Assembly (NCBI GenBank): GCA_965205865.1
Contig: CBDBHR010000024.1
Span: forward strand, 128,001 to 192,000
Length of the DNA stretch: 64,000 nucleotides
Reading direction: 5' to 3'
Source of the DNA: a bacterium
Lineage (GTDB): Bacteria > SAR324 > NAC60-12
Numbering within the stretch: the stretch's first letter is position 1; each line of letters opens with the position of its first letter. The position numbers and the translations under genes are program-made. Below are positions 41,400 through 53,712 of this stretch, in pieces. A model generated the notes under the pieces. It searched no databases. It saw only the letters and a list, made by a program, of their open reading frames with translations, and was not told where the DNA came from.

Positions 41400-41900
41400 A
41401 CAAATGTCCATGTGCTTGCTCAACTCAATGTCCTCATATTTGGTATTCAAGGGATGCGGCACCCTGGTTTATCCATACTTCTTCAATTGTTTGAACGTTG
41501 CTTCCCACTCTTCATTACAAACAACAACATAGTCATTGTGCTCCGCTTTGAGATAAGGATTAATCACAATAATGTCTTCCTGATGAAATTCCGGTTCCAT
41601 GCTATTTCTCCGAACCCGCAAAGCAAACGTGCCTTTGGAATCGGTCTCCATAAGCTTCCAATCCTCCTGTTGAGAATTTGTACATTCTCTCCAATGGCCA
41701 GCCTGTGTCCAGGTAAGGATAGGGATTTGTTTAATCCTACCTTTTTGTTCTGGTTCATTCTGAACAGCAAGATAGCCCGTTTCTCTGAGAAACTCTTCAA
41801 TTTCGATGCGATAGGTGTCCAAGAATCCCATCACCATGTCAGAAGACGGCACACTGCTGCCATTTTCTACATCGGCAGCCTGGGAATCACAGGGTCTCGC
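41400..41900 (-). pseudogene. Degenerate LexA/CI-like S24 repressor
   Basis: IPILTWTQAG, FALRVRRNSMEPEF, ATFKQL; in-frame stop followed by HPLNTKY. Confidence 0.7.
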
Positions 41901-42012
41901 CAGATCTATTTACCAGTTGAAGTTCAAAAATTAATGGGAAACACCGGCAGCATTCGTTGCCAACTTTTAGGTTAATTTTTCCGAGCGATGATCAAGGAAC
42001 GCCTGATCACTC

Positions 42013-42954
42013 CTAATGTGCGCCGGTTCTGCATCGCAGAGACCATATAATGAGGCGAATCAAACGCGTTTTCCGAGAAGGGGGGAGAAGAGCTTTTTGG
42101 GCACGGATATCCACCTTTGCCATTTCTTTTAAAAATTTCCCATGAGCGCTTTGAGCTTTCTTCAATAGGGTTTTGTAATGTTTTTTTCGCTTCGTTTTAC
42201 TGTCCTTTTTACCTGTCTCAAAAGCCATCATCTTAGAGAGCTTATTCATCTCCTTGATGAGGAAATCAAAATTTCTTTCACTGATCTCAGCGATTCCAAA
42301 TGTATCAAGGGAACGCCCTCGATGGTAGCTTCGCTCCACGAGACGAGTCAATATCGACGAATCAGTAGGCCAAGCTGTATTTCCTTTTACAGAGGTGCTA
42401 TCCAGTTTTAAAATATCAAAATCGTCCAACTCTTCATCGAGAACCATTCGAATTTGAGCATCGAAAATAAACTGTCTGCTCTCGTTGCTGACAGCATTGA
42501 CATTATCAAGGATTGTACTCGCTCCCGGCATTTTCAATCCACGGTTGAGCAGAAGCAGATGCAGTGTGATTGACTCTGAAAGAAATATTTGGGCCGTTTG
42601 GGATTTGATACTTCCTAAATATCCCCGAATCATCATAAAAAGGTAGACTAAAAAAGCCGACATCCGAGGACACCCTATTTCCAGCCTCAGTTCTTCCGGC
42701 TTCAATTCCTCATCTTCTACGGGAAGATGAGGAAGCCATGGATTCCGGGCTTCCTGCCATCGTTTATCCTCTAAACGCTCTTTCTTTTTATTTCTTGCGT
42801 ATTTCTCCAAATCCTGTTCAATTTTGTCCAATATCTCCGGCTCTCGCTCAGACAATTGATCAAGTTCTGATAAGAAATTTTCAAATTCTGTATCAGGAGC
42901 GCTTAAAAAAAGATGTTTTTCTGCTCGAATGAATGGTTTCATTTTGGGTGCCAT
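42013..42954 (-). pseudogene. Truncated DDE transposase (IS5/IS1182/ISNCY-like); the element end near 43055 truncates the upstream gene
   Basis: GCPRM, LKLDSTSVKGNTAWPTDS (first catalytic D); C-terminus lost. Confidence 0.65.
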
Positions 42955-43051
42955 AATTCTTAATATTGAAGTTATTCACAGTTATTTCAATGAATTATGG
43001 CACTTTTTAACCTCAAGTTTAAAGATATAATTCTAAAAAATACCTTTTCGG

Positions 43052-45562
43052 CTAGGATCTAGCTACCTGCTCAAGCCAAGCATCCGCATCCTTTATCATC
43101 AACATGCGACACGAGATTTGCAATAGGCATTCTTCGAGCCACTTCAAGAAATCTAATCTTTCAGCGGCAGTCTTTAAATCGAGGTTGGCTGGGTGCATCA
43201 CCTCAACTCGGCTGTTATCGTCATCGGGGAAACTGATCTGTGGAGTCCCTTTTGACTGAGCAGACGGGATGAGGACAATGCTTATGCGCTCATGAATTGG
43301 GGTCACATCAGACTCGATACTCGTGGATAGGAATGCTTCCAAAGTACTAAGGAGGGATTCTGCAATACCAAAGGAGGTTTCATTGTTGGGAGTCTCGACA
43401 ACGAATTTCGATCCGAGGATAGTTGACTTCAGCATACTGGTCTCCCCAACTACCAGCATCGGTTGAGAAGTAATGTCTTTGGCTGCCGGTTGATCTTGCC
43501 ACTGCTCAAAGAAACGCTGAACAGTCCTTGCATCCATGCCATCCTCAAAGAATCCTTCTTCACGAAGAGCCTGTTCATGACCAAGGACGAACAGCAACGC
43601 AATTCGAGCGAAGTCCAGCCCTAGCCGCTGTAACGTACCAGGCAGGCGTGTTACGCTTGAAAGTGCCTCCATGGGAACGTTCAGGATGTGAATACCAAGT
43701 AACTGTTCCTGCATCTGTCTTTCTTCGACGTAGGCTTTCAACCGATCTTCAGGTAGGTCAAGTTGTTGCGCTACGAAATCTGCAAAGGTTATCGCTTCTA
43801 AACTGTGGGGAATACGTCCCAGCCTCAGTTCGGTCCATGCAAGCCATTTCAAGGCAGACAATGTTGCAGGAATCATCTGTCCCAGTTCAACAAACATTGC
43901 CAAAGTCAGATCAGCCGCCGCCAGAGCCTTACTTCGAGCGGCCCATAGGAGTCCTGCGCGTTCAAAGGCATAACTCATGCAAAAAAGGGCCTTAACAAGC
44001 TCTCTACGATATTCCTTCTTTATCAAAAGCTTCTCGGCGCGGCCGAGCCATCGGATTGCTTCATAGGGTTTTTCTAACCTTATTTTCTGGATGGCCCGCC
44101 CGACGTAGGCTTTCCCGGCTTCACCCTCGCTGCGTCGTTCTCTCATGGTATTTGCCAATTTTTCGTAGAGCGCGTCGAATGCAGGACCATCAACATATTC
44201 GCCAAGTTCTCTAACGAGGTCGAATAGATGCTCTAACGAATACGCGCCCAAGCCCTCTGACTTGTCAATAACTTCTGCTAATTCACGACAACCATCTTCC
44301 ATCTTATCGAATTTACTATCATGGTAAGCGCGAGTCGTTCGCATCAGAATCGAGTTCGTACGTGCTTGGAGGGCATTGTTGGGTCGTGTAGAGTCAGCCA
44401 TTATAGCATTCAACTTCGTGGTCAAGCGCTGCGAGCGGGATTCGATCTTGGCATCCTGAGCTTGTATCCGACCAGCAGCCATCGAAGGTAATAACAGCAT
44501 CCAAAGATTTAGAAGAAGGCCGACATCGTGGGAAAGAACTGACTCTTCCACGCGCTGTTCGACATCTTCGTATAATTGACTGAATTCGGTATAGTCCGCG
44601 TACCACCAGAAGGTTGTCCAAGCACGATTGTAAGCAATTCGTAATCGCTGCTGGTTATGGTTCAAGTCTTGAGTCAGTCGCTCCGCCTGCATGAAGCGCC
44701 TCTCGACCTCACTACGCGATCGGTCGAGTCCCCTGGCCAAGATCGCGCTACGCAGACAGTCCTCAACCAACTGATAGCGCGCACCCTGATAACGTGCTGG
44801 GTCAGCAATTTGCTTATCCAGCCTCTCAAGTTCTTCAATCCTTGCAGTGTCTCGAGGACCTGTTCGGGTTTTCCTTTCTTTTTGTATATTTTCAACGCCC
44901 AATGCCGCAAAGTAAGTTTCCATGTATTGGTTGTCGGACTCGTAAACTTTCTCCTTGATCCAGGCGCGGTCGATGATGTGTACGGGAATACCCACGTTCT
45001 TTGAGAGCGTGTCTTCATGGATTGACCGATCCCTGTCGCTGACAAATTAATTGGTAAAAAAGTAGACTAGCTTGTAATCGCGGTCAGTGGAGAGGATACT
45101 TTTTACATCGGCCTTAATCTTCGGCTTCCATTCCTTCTTGGCGCTAAAGGCGAAGGCCCAACGTTCCGTTCCAGCCGATGGCGAACCGATCCACCACCGC
45201 TCGGTGATCTCCTCGGCGACTGGATAGGTTTCGGTGTCAACCTTACTGTCACCGCCACCTGTGGGTCCGGTCTGGACGCGAAGATTCGGACAGATTTCCT
45301 TTTCTGCCAGTTTCCGGCAAAAGTGCTCGAACTGGTACTCCTGTTTGCGGCTGGTCAGCGTGCACAGATGGTATTCGAACACTTCCTTCGGGAGCCGAGA
45401 GACATCATCGACTTGCGTGTCAGAGAAAAGGTCTGGATGGCGAACTCGCATCAGGTCACTGGGATTGGGTATGTTTCGGCTGGATAAAGCCTGATCGTCT
45501 ATATCACTTGAAGCGCTAAGATGACGGTCAATTTTTGCATTATTTATTTTCTCTGTAGACAT
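43052..45562 (-). pseudogene. Large restriction-endonuclease-like N-domain + TPR-like helical protein, frameshifted (~45047) and 3'-truncated by an IS
   Basis: FEHFCRKL...GGGDSKVD...FAFSAKKEW (Mrr/PD-(D/E)XK-like); 647-aa helical continuation. Confidence 0.6.
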
Positions 45563-45924
45563 TTGTGGTAATCTTTCCTTGTAAAGATTGAATTCTCTAT
45601 ATCACAATTACAGTAGGGTAAAAAATTTAGAAAAAATATATTACGATTCAAACAGAATTACAAGAGAAATATTTGCAATTACTTTTTAATTGATTGACTT
45701 TATTACTATTAACTGTAATGATTCGAAACCTTGTATCCCAATCATAAATGTGTCATTCCAAAAGAATGTGAGGAATCTTAAGGATCTCTCCATGCGGTCG
45801 GGAGACACTGAGGGTTATAGCCTGTTGAACCAATACATTTTCCACTAACAGGAGAGACAAAGGAATCTGTAGATTCTTGAGGACCGGTACCCTATGAAAG
45901 AGGAGCAAACGTAAGATCCCTTTT

Positions 45925-46190
45925 GGCTAAACAACACACTTGGCTAAGGAAACTTTGATCATGGCAATACAAATCATGTTTTCGGAAATGTATGTGAGGG
46001 TTCCCGCACAATCGATACGATGATATTGTGGGAGGATTTCAAAATCTTTGGCTGATCATCTGAATCCCCCGAACCAAGCGAGTGTTTGCTCAATAGTAAC
46101 GGATTTATTGGTTGCAAGGACTTTCAAGTGTAAAAGGATACCTGAAGAGTCGATGCTGATACGGCGTCTACGCCCTTTGACTTTTCCTCC
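45925..46190 (-). pseudogene. IS5-family transposase remnants
   Basis: Manual translation GGKVKGRRRRISIDSSG...IEQTLAWFGGFR*SAKDFE...SENMICIAMI. Confidence 0.65.
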
Positions 46191-46273
46191 TCAATAATTC
46201 CAAATCCTCTTGCCAGACCCTTCTTTGATTTCATCGGCGATAATGATCGTAAACGGTTTGCCAGGGAGGAAAA

Positions 46274-48832
46274 TCATGGGAGGGCATTCTCCAGGATTTC
46301 AGCATCCAGACGAGAACGAAAATCTACCAGGTTCTTCTCGCGAAGCTTTTTAGAAAAACCCGGATAGTCTCGTGGTGTCAGCATATTGAATTGATAGGAC
46401 ACGTCTTTTCCTGAATCACTCAACCAATTGTTCAACCGCTCAAAATGTGCGGTTGCGTATTCATATTTTTTGACGTTTTCTTGTGAGGGCTCACCAATTT
46501 CCGAATCATCCTTGATTTCAACAACAAAAACCCATTTACCTTGTTTTATAAAAAAATCAGGACTGAACATACCGCGCTTGATATGTGGCGCCCCTTTTTT
46601 CCTGCTCGTCGTCTTGGAGCAGGCATACTCAATGAAATAAAAACCCATCGCCGTATTTTTTATCCAGCAATCAATGGTTTTAGCATTTTTGGAGTTACAT
46701 AATTTCCGTACAAACCGACGCTCCGGATTGCTATCGGCGATTACAAGATTTACAGAGGTCTTGAAATCATAGTCATTGGAGATGGAGACAGTATTTGCGG
46801 TATATTCGCCGTCTTGATCCGTTAATTCATGAAAGAAATCCTTCTGTTCCCGAGGTAGATATGATTCACAGTCAGAACGAGAAAATACGAATTTATCTCT
46901 ACGTAACTCAGCAGCACTGCAACTGTCCTTTTGACGATCTTTTGTGCTCATTTTAACCAGAGCTTTTGCCGAAGTATCATAAGACACTCGCCGAGACACC
47001 CTGCGTCGCAATATCCCAAGCGATTGAAGAAATTTTTGTCGCGCCTCTTCCGGTATTCTATCCTCGTCAATTTGAGCTCGTTTAGCCGATTCTCTCACGA
47101 CTTTCTCCAACCAGGTTGTCGAATAACGAGCGATATATTGAGTGCGTTTTTCAGGGTCGTTTTCGGAAGCGGTTTCCCTGTCTACCGCTTCCAAAGCTTG
47201 GTGCATATGTCCGGCGATTGCCGTCGCTGTAAAGGTCGTGTGCTTGATCGTTAACGTCTCTTCTCTTCTCTTGCCTCCAACCCTGTCGAATTGTATTTGC
47301 GCCGGTTCTTCTGCCAAGAGTGAAGGTAATTCAATATGACCACGCTCGAACAGGTTGAACTCATCACTCGTTTTCACATCCGTAGAGGATTTATTTTTTT
47401 CATAGTCCAGGTTGTATAATTCAAAGTGATAATCGGACTGGGGTAAAGCCAACGATGAGACACGTTTTTCTATTTCTAAAATTTTATCGACCAGACTTTT
47501 AATGCGAGGCGCCCAAGCGTCATGATTGAAAACGGTAACGACGGGCGGCGGCCCTTTCCATTGTTCGGGAATTCTCAAACCTCGCCCGAGAACCTGGGCG
47601 ATAAGGAGTTTGCTGTTAAAGGCGCGTTCCTCATGCGGAATGATTTGGAATTCGTTCTTGACGTCCCAGCCCTCGGTCAACATGGAAACTGATATAATCC
47701 ACTCCGCTTTGGATTGTGAACTGTCCACTGTTCTCAACCGCGCCACATTCAGTTGGTGTTTATTGGATGAAGTAACAGCAATGACTTTCTCTTTTGCTTG
47801 CTTTGCCGAAATTTTTTCCTTCTCCTGTAAATAAGCCCTTAGTTCATCCGCAACGTCGTCGCACTTGTTGATGGTATTGGTAACGATAATGGTCAATGGG
47901 CGAATTCCTTGCTTGCTCAAATTTCTGAGACCGTTAATATGTCTCTGGTATATCAACTGCCATTTCTCATCAGGGTCATGCAATGTCGGAGCTTCTGCAA
48001 CGTATTCAACATCTTTTACCTTGCGTTCCTCTATCGCCTGACGCAGTGAATAGCGGTAGACCACATCTGCAAAATATTGATTTTTATGGTAGCAAGTGCC
48101 GGAAACCCCGACTATCCGTTTGAATCCAAACTCTTCTTCCATCAAAAATTTTTTCCATTTGCGAAGATCACCTGGAGCAGAAGCAACATGATGCGTTTCA
48201 TCATTGAGAACAAGTGTTCTTTTCCCTTTACCGAGCAAGATGTCCCGTATTGATGATTTCACGTGCTTCAAAACCGCATGATAGTTCTCTACACAGATGG
48301 AACCTTTGACAATTGTCTGCGAAGCGTTAATCACTTGCGGAGAAACATACTTGGCATCCATTGGCATTGCAGACTGCAAATCGGCATCTGCGGCAAGAGT
48401 TTTGAACTTGTCAGTCAGCCCACGTTCAATCGTATTAGAGGGGCAAATGGTTAAAACCTGATCTATCAAATCTTCGGCAAGCAAAATCGCCGCAATACCA
48501 TAAAGGACGTAACTCTTACCGGTTCCTGTTGCAAGATCGAGGGAACAGGAAAGCAGTCCGGGAAATTGCAGTTTACTCTCCATAGCCTCCCAGGAACCGT
48601 ATACCTCTTCCAGCTTCGGATTCTCATTAAAATTTTCACGGGCCAAAGCCTGCAGATTTTCATACCTGTTCCCCGCCAGAAAACGCAGAGTGGTAAATAT
48701 CGCTTCTTTCTGGTACTCGCGGTCGGCACAAAGCTCATCCACAAAAGCATCATATTTGCCTTCATCCCATACGTTAGGGTCGATATGGCCAGACACTTTC
48801 AGAACCAGATCTTCATTTCGTATTTTACTCAC
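46274..48832 (-). CDS. res: Type III restriction enzyme Res subunit
   Basis: LATGTGKS, DETHH, LTEGWD, QVLGRGLR, C-terminal PDF...VEIK. Confidence 0.88.
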   Translation of the reverse strand: MSKIRNEDLVLKVSGHIDPNVWDEGKYDAFVDELCADREYQKEAIFTTLRFLAGNRYENLQALARENFNENPKLEEVYGSWEAMESKLQFPGLLSCSLDLATGTGKSYVLYGIAAILLAEDLIDQVLTICPSNTIERGLTDKFKTLAADADLQSAMPMDAKYVSPQVINASQTIVKGSICVENYHAVLKHVKSSIRDILLGKGKRTLVLNDETHHVASAPGDLRKWKKFLMEEEFGFKRIVGVSGTCYHKNQYFADVVYRYSLRQAIEERKVKDVEYVAEAPTLHDPDEKWQLIYQRHINGLRNLSKQGIRPLTIIVTNTINKCDDVADELRAYLQEKEKISAKQAKEKVIAVTSSNKHQLNVARLRTVDSSQSKAEWIISVSMLTEGWDVKNEFQIIPHEERAFNSKLLIAQVLGRGLRIPEQWKGPPPVVTVFNHDAWAPRIKSLVDKILEIEKRVSSLALPQSDYHFELYNLDYEKNKSSTDVKTSDEFNLFERGHIELPSLLAEEPAQIQFDRVGGKRREETLTIKHTTFTATAIAGHMHQALEAVDRETASENDPEKRTQYIARYSTTWLEKVVRESAKRAQIDEDRIPEEARQKFLQSLGILRRRVSRRVSYDTSAKALVKMSTKDRQKDSCSAAELRRDKFVFSRSDCESYLPREQKDFFHELTDQDGEYTANTVSISNDYDFKTSVNLVIADSNPERRFVRKLCNSKNAKTIDCWIKNTAMGFYFIEYACSKTTSRKKGAPHIKRGMFSPDFFIKQGKWVFVVEIKDDSEIGEPSQENVKKYEYATAHFERLNNWLSDSGKDVSYQFNMLTPRDYPGFSKKLREKNLVDFRSRLDAEILENALP

Positions 48833-48862
48833 AACCTATTCCTCATTGCTTTGCTTCCCTTT

Positions 48863-50926
48863 TTATAACGTAATACCGTTCTTGAAGCTTTTAACATTAA
48901 TCAACTCTCGCGCTTCATTGCCGTAAACGTCAATAAAAATCGCCATGACATTCTCACCGAGATTTTCATAAGAGAAAAATACCGTCCAACCTTCCTTGCT
49001 CAAGTCATCCGCATAAAACACCTCATCAAACTCAAAAATTCCTTTGGCAGATTCATAATCATAATCCAGCATCAGCATTGAAAGGGTTTCCCTGTTGTCG
49101 TCCATCCTCATCGCTTGAGGAATGCGGGCATTGCTCTTAAAGGTTTCAATCTTTATAAAGGCCTTGTCAATCGAATCAACTTCCTGTTTTTTCACCCCAA
49201 CCGAATATTTGAGCTTGGGACGACGGTTGAAATCAAACCCGACTGCCTCCACGGTTTCATTTACCGACATTTCGTTTTCGGGCTGGCGCAACGCGGTGAA
49301 GTCCCGTCGATGCAGTTCATTGATGATTGAATACGGAATGCGCAATGCATAATAACGCACACCATCGTAGTCAATGTAATCCTGGAAAAAACCAAAGGAC
49401 ATGGCAGGCGCAATCAGAAACATATGCCTGCCGACCATCCTTCCAATGTTTGAATGAAGTTCCTGAATCGTCTCCTCTGTAATCAGTTCATTTTTCACAT
49501 TCTGCGGTTCATAAACCAAAACGCTTTTGCCTCTCAGTTTTCCATCCATCCGTATGCCGCCGATTTCATGGATTTCTTCGCGGCACTGAAATAGTAGTAG
49601 TACAAAACGCCGCCAATTCTCGCGCGGCTCTTCACCCAGTTTCTCCAATTCATAAAGTCCGGCATTGAAAAAAGCAAACGTTTTGGGCTGCAAAACCGGC
49701 CCTTTATTTCCGATCTCCTTTCGCAGATTGAGCATTCTTTTTTGGGTTGTGTAAATCGCCAGCTTACCGCAATCACAACCAATCCAACGACGCCCGATTT
49801 TTTCGGCGACAGCTATGGTAGTGCCCGAACCGAGAAAAAAGTCGGCAATAATATCACCATTATCGGACGATGTTTTTAGGATGCGTTCAAGAAGGGCTTC
49901 GGGTTTTTGGGTGGGATAGTCGAGTGATTGGTTGTCTCCTGATGATAAATAGTTAATGTCAGTCCAATTATCTCCGAGAGGAGACCCTTGGTATTCATCT
50001 GCGTAAATTTTATATCGGGGCCGCTCTTTTCCCGTCCAATGGATAAGATGTGGATTTAATTTGAGACGATTATTAAAAGTTTCCTGCGTCCATCTCCAAC
50101 CTACAGAGGAGACCACCGTTTTGCCTTTGATTGTCCGCGGTTCACCTCTGCTACTGTCGTTAGAGGACTGTTCCAGAGCTACATGCTGATAACGTCGTCC
50201 CGTTTCTTTTTCTATGTATGGGAATTTCTGTTCTACATCACAAATTCTACTAAATTGCAGGTTGAAAGTAATTTGCTGTCGGTTCTTGGCATAGATGAAT
50301 ATTGTATCAGTAATAGCATCAAAACCAGATTTGGAAAGACTATGAGGAGCATATCTTTTCCATGATATATGATTCACAAAGTTCTCTTTCCCAAACACCT
50401 CGTCCATCAACACCCGGACATAAGAATTCATCCGCCAATCGAGATGCACATAGATGCTTCCGTCATCGGAAAGCAGTTCCCGAATTAAAATCAATCTTTT
50501 CCTAAGAAACTCAAGAAACTCGCCTGCGGAAAGTTTGTCCTGATAGGCCTGCGCTCCGCCTATACCCTGCATCTCTTTTCTAGTGGAAAACGGTGGATCA
50601 ATATAAACAAGCCTGATGCCGGGCGTCCCATCGGCATTGCACAAATTGCCTCTTTGCTTTTCTTCCAAAAGCGACTTCATCACCTGCAAATTATCGCCGA
50701 ATACCAGTTTGTTGTGCCAGCCGTTGCCATTGTTACCGAACCGCCGCGTTTGCTGGAGTGGTACAGCCATTGTCTCCGCCAGAATTTCCTCTTCCCTCGC
50801 CTTGCCGTCATAGACAAGCTCGCACTCCCGCTTTTGATTGGGAAAGACAACGGATGACCATTCTGATGAAAGCATCTCACCACTCTCAAGAATTTCGATG
50901 ATTCTTTTCCGCTCTTCTTCTTTCAT
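48863..50926 (-). CDS. mod: Type III R-M adenine methyltransferase Mod
   Basis: YIDPPF, YPTQKPE, DFFLGSGTT; adjacent to Res. Confidence 0.88.
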   Translation of the reverse strand: MKEEERKRIIEILESGEMLSSEWSSVVFPNQKRECELVYDGKAREEEILAETMAVPLQQTRRFGNNGNGWHNKLVFGDNLQVMKSLLEEKQRGNLCNADGTPGIRLVYIDPPFSTRKEMQGIGGAQAYQDKLSAGEFLEFLRKRLILIRELLSDDGSIYVHLDWRMNSYVRVLMDEVFGKENFVNHISWKRYAPHSLSKSGFDAITDTIFIYAKNRQQITFNLQFSRICDVEQKFPYIEKETGRRYQHVALEQSSNDSSRGEPRTIKGKTVVSSVGWRWTQETFNNRLKLNPHLIHWTGKERPRYKIYADEYQGSPLGDNWTDINYLSSGDNQSLDYPTQKPEALLERILKTSSDNGDIIADFFLGSGTTIAVAEKIGRRWIGCDCGKLAIYTTQKRMLNLRKEIGNKGPVLQPKTFAFFNAGLYELEKLGEEPRENWRRFVLLLFQCREEIHEIGGIRMDGKLRGKSVLVYEPQNVKNELITEETIQELHSNIGRMVGRHMFLIAPAMSFGFFQDYIDYDGVRYYALRIPYSIINELHRRDFTALRQPENEMSVNETVEAVGFDFNRRPKLKYSVGVKKQEVDSIDKAFIKIETFKSNARIPQAMRMDDNRETLSMLMLDYDYESAKGIFEFDEVFYADDLSKEGWTVFFSYENLGENVMAIFIDVYGNEARELINVKSFKNGITL

Positions 50927-51694
50927 ATCTCCACCACTCTTGACAATCGCACCGCTCTCTCAGTTGTTCCCGGAGCAAGACATTCCAGTTCCAATTCATC
51001 TAAAAGACCTTTGTCGGCAAAACTGTAAAACTCCTCTCCACCAACAACCAAATGATCCAACACTTTAATATTCAGGGGACGAGTCGCCGCAATCAGGTCT
51101 TTTGTCAACAACCGGTCCGACTCGCTTGGTTCCGTATCGCCGGAAGGATGGTTATGGGCGGCAATTATAGCACTAGCGTTGACCTGCAAGGCATTTGAAA
51201 CAATCTGGCGCAAAGAGATATGAACTTTTGCTGCCTCTCCTCGCGAAATCAATATGTCACTGAGCAGTACATTGCGCCGATTCAGGTACAAAACCCGAAA
51301 ATGTTCCTCTGGCAAAAATCTCAAACGATCACGCAGATACTCTCCGGCCTGTGTGGTACTTGTAATTTTCTGCCTTTGATCCCCCGACATAAGCACGCTC
51401 CTGCGCGCGATTTCCCATCGCCGCCGTCAATTGCGCAGCCTTTGCTCCCTTAAGTCCTTTGATTTCCAATAATGCCAAAGTAGGTGCTTCCACCATTGCT
51501 CTCAATGAACCGAATTTTTATAATATCTGCCGTGCCAACTCTACCGCGCTTGACCCGCGTACCCCAACCCTCAAAAGGATTGCCACCAGTTCAGCATCCG
51601 TGAGCGCTTCCGCCCCGTGTTTGAGCAAACGTTCCCGAGGACGCTCTTCTTCGGGCCAGGAAGAAATTCCCTTTTTTGTTTTTGAATCAGCCAT
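50923..51694 (-). pseudogene. radC: RadC/JAB-domain protein with in-frame stop and frameshift
   Basis: [20 protein letters not shown] at ~51520; AHNHPSGD..PS..D in the 3' ORF. Confidence 0.85.
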
Positions 51695-51798
51695 AACACG
51701 TTTTGATTTCTCTCAATAACATCATCAGTACCGGATACTTATTGACGGATATCGTTTGTTCTCATTTTTAAAAGAAGAAGACAATGATCAGACAAATT

Positions 51799-52135
51799 GG
51801 GAATGTCCTAAAATCAGTTGAAAATTGAAAGATGACCTCACATTCGTTATGTTGTGGTTTCATTTACCACACAAAACCCAACCGAACGAACGGAGGTCGT
51901 ATGAAAAAGGTAAGCAAAACCCGAGAAAGAAGCAACGCGAAAGATCAAGTGGAGGCGTATAAAGAATTAGAGCAGGGCGATTTTGAGTTTACCACCCGCT
52001 TAACGTTGATTCAACAGTTGATTCCTTTAGGACTGATGGCAGTAGAGGAAATACTGCAAGAAGAAGTGACTCACATAGCCGGGGAACCTTACAGCCTCGG
52101 AAGGAGCCGGCAACGCTGGGGTAGCAATCCTTTGA
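51799..52135 (+). mobile_element. IS256-family left end with N-terminal transposase stub
   Basis: GGGAATGTCCTAAAATCAGTTGAAAATTGAAAGATGACCTC end; LIQQLIPLGLMAVEE...RWGSNP homologous to the neighbour. Confidence 0.75.
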
Positions 52136-52159
52136 TTTTCCTCAAACTAGGTTCAATTT

Positions 52160-53410
52160 CTAGTAAGGCTGTTGCAATCCAGCGTTGTCGCTGATTGGAG
52201 TTTTCCAATAACTCACTCGATGGGTATATTGCCCTAACTGACTGTTGAGTGATTCGATACAATTGGTGGTTTTCAAACTAATGCCTAACTGCTTGAAAAC
52301 TCTCAGACGATGTAGAGTGATTGTTTCTTCAAAGCCTTCATCAAGGCTGTTGATGGCGGATTGATTGATCAAACTCAGTTCTTTTCGGATGGAATTCAAT
52401 GCCATTTTCGCCTGCTTATAACTCTTTTTCTGATAGGCTTTCCGGAGTTTTTTGCGAAATATGCCTTGTTGAGATTTGGGTAAATAAGCGATGACGTTTT
52501 CACGCTTGTGCCACTGACATCGCTCTACGAGAGCTTGTCTACCAAATACTTTCTGAATCCCTTTTCTCAGTCCTTTGGCCCCATCAATAATAAAGAGAAG
52601 TTTATTTTCATCCCTCAATCCCCTTTCTTTGAGATTTTGGAGAAATTCTCGACAAACCCGATGATTCTCTGTGTGGGATTCGATCATCCCTAAAATAACT
52701 TTTTCTCCTTGCAAAGTCACTCCCAAGGCAATAATCATCTCGTTTTGGGCAAAATTTTTTCCATCCATGAAAATGGCAATGATATCTTGATCATTGAGAT
52801 CACGCTCATTCAATTCCTTCAGTTTCTGAGCAGAGGCTTTGATGAACTTTTGAGAAATACTATTTTTGCTGATACCAAAGGTTTCCAGAATTTTCTCCAC
52901 CGCCTTTTCATATTTTCTCGAACTGATTCCATTGAGCACTTGAGCAAATACCCGCTCATCGACGATTTGAGGAGATTGAAGTTGTCGAAAAGCTTCCAAG
53001 CCAACTTCCTCATTTTCTTCGGTATCTCGAAGGCGGGGAACTCGAATCGAGAGTTTTTGATTACCTAAAAAGACAGATCCAGGGTTCGATCCCCAACGTT
53101 TGAGGCTGCATTCTCGACTGTATCGTTGACCAGCCAACTCGGTCACTTCCGACTGCAGTGCCTCTTCTACGGCCAGAAGACCAATTGGGATTAACTGTTG
53201 AATCAGTAACAACCGGCTGTTCACATCATATTCTCTTTCTACCAATTCCCGATAGGATGCCACTCTTGCTTTCGTATTGATTTTTGATTCGGTTTTGTTT
53301 ACTTTCTTCATGAGACCTCCATGGTGGTTCAGTTATGATTTTTGCGATAAATTTGACTTTACCGCAATGGAGGTCATGTTTCAAATTTCAACTAATTGTA
53401 GGACATCTTC
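52160..53410 (-). mobile_element. IS256-family element; transposase 52160..53311 with a frameshifted/truncated C-terminus
   Basis: IFMDG, IIDGAKGL, RCQWHK, TTNCIESLN; end GAAGATGTCCTACAATTAGTTGAAATTTGAAACATGACCTC. Confidence 0.85.
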
Positions 53411-53712
53411 TGACACACTTGTGGTGAAGCGTATTCATGGAAACCGCTGAATGCAAAAAATATACACGTAACCTTCATGTAAATTATTTTCACCCCGGAG
53501 GATGAATAAAAATAACAAACCATATAGTTTCAGTAGGTTAGATAGTTTTCTTCACGGTAACATGACTCAATAAATAAGCCACTGTTCGAAAACAAAAATT
53601 CAAACGCAGATAGAAAAACATTCAATTGGTCCGAATAGACATTGCCTTATAGAAATAAAACCGATATTAGTGGGACTCACTACCTTGGCACTTTTTGATT
53701 TTCAGAAAATTC

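Noticed and set aside
41373-41975. 200-aa plus-strand ORF
   Set aside because: Antisense to the S24 repressor remnant; no motifs
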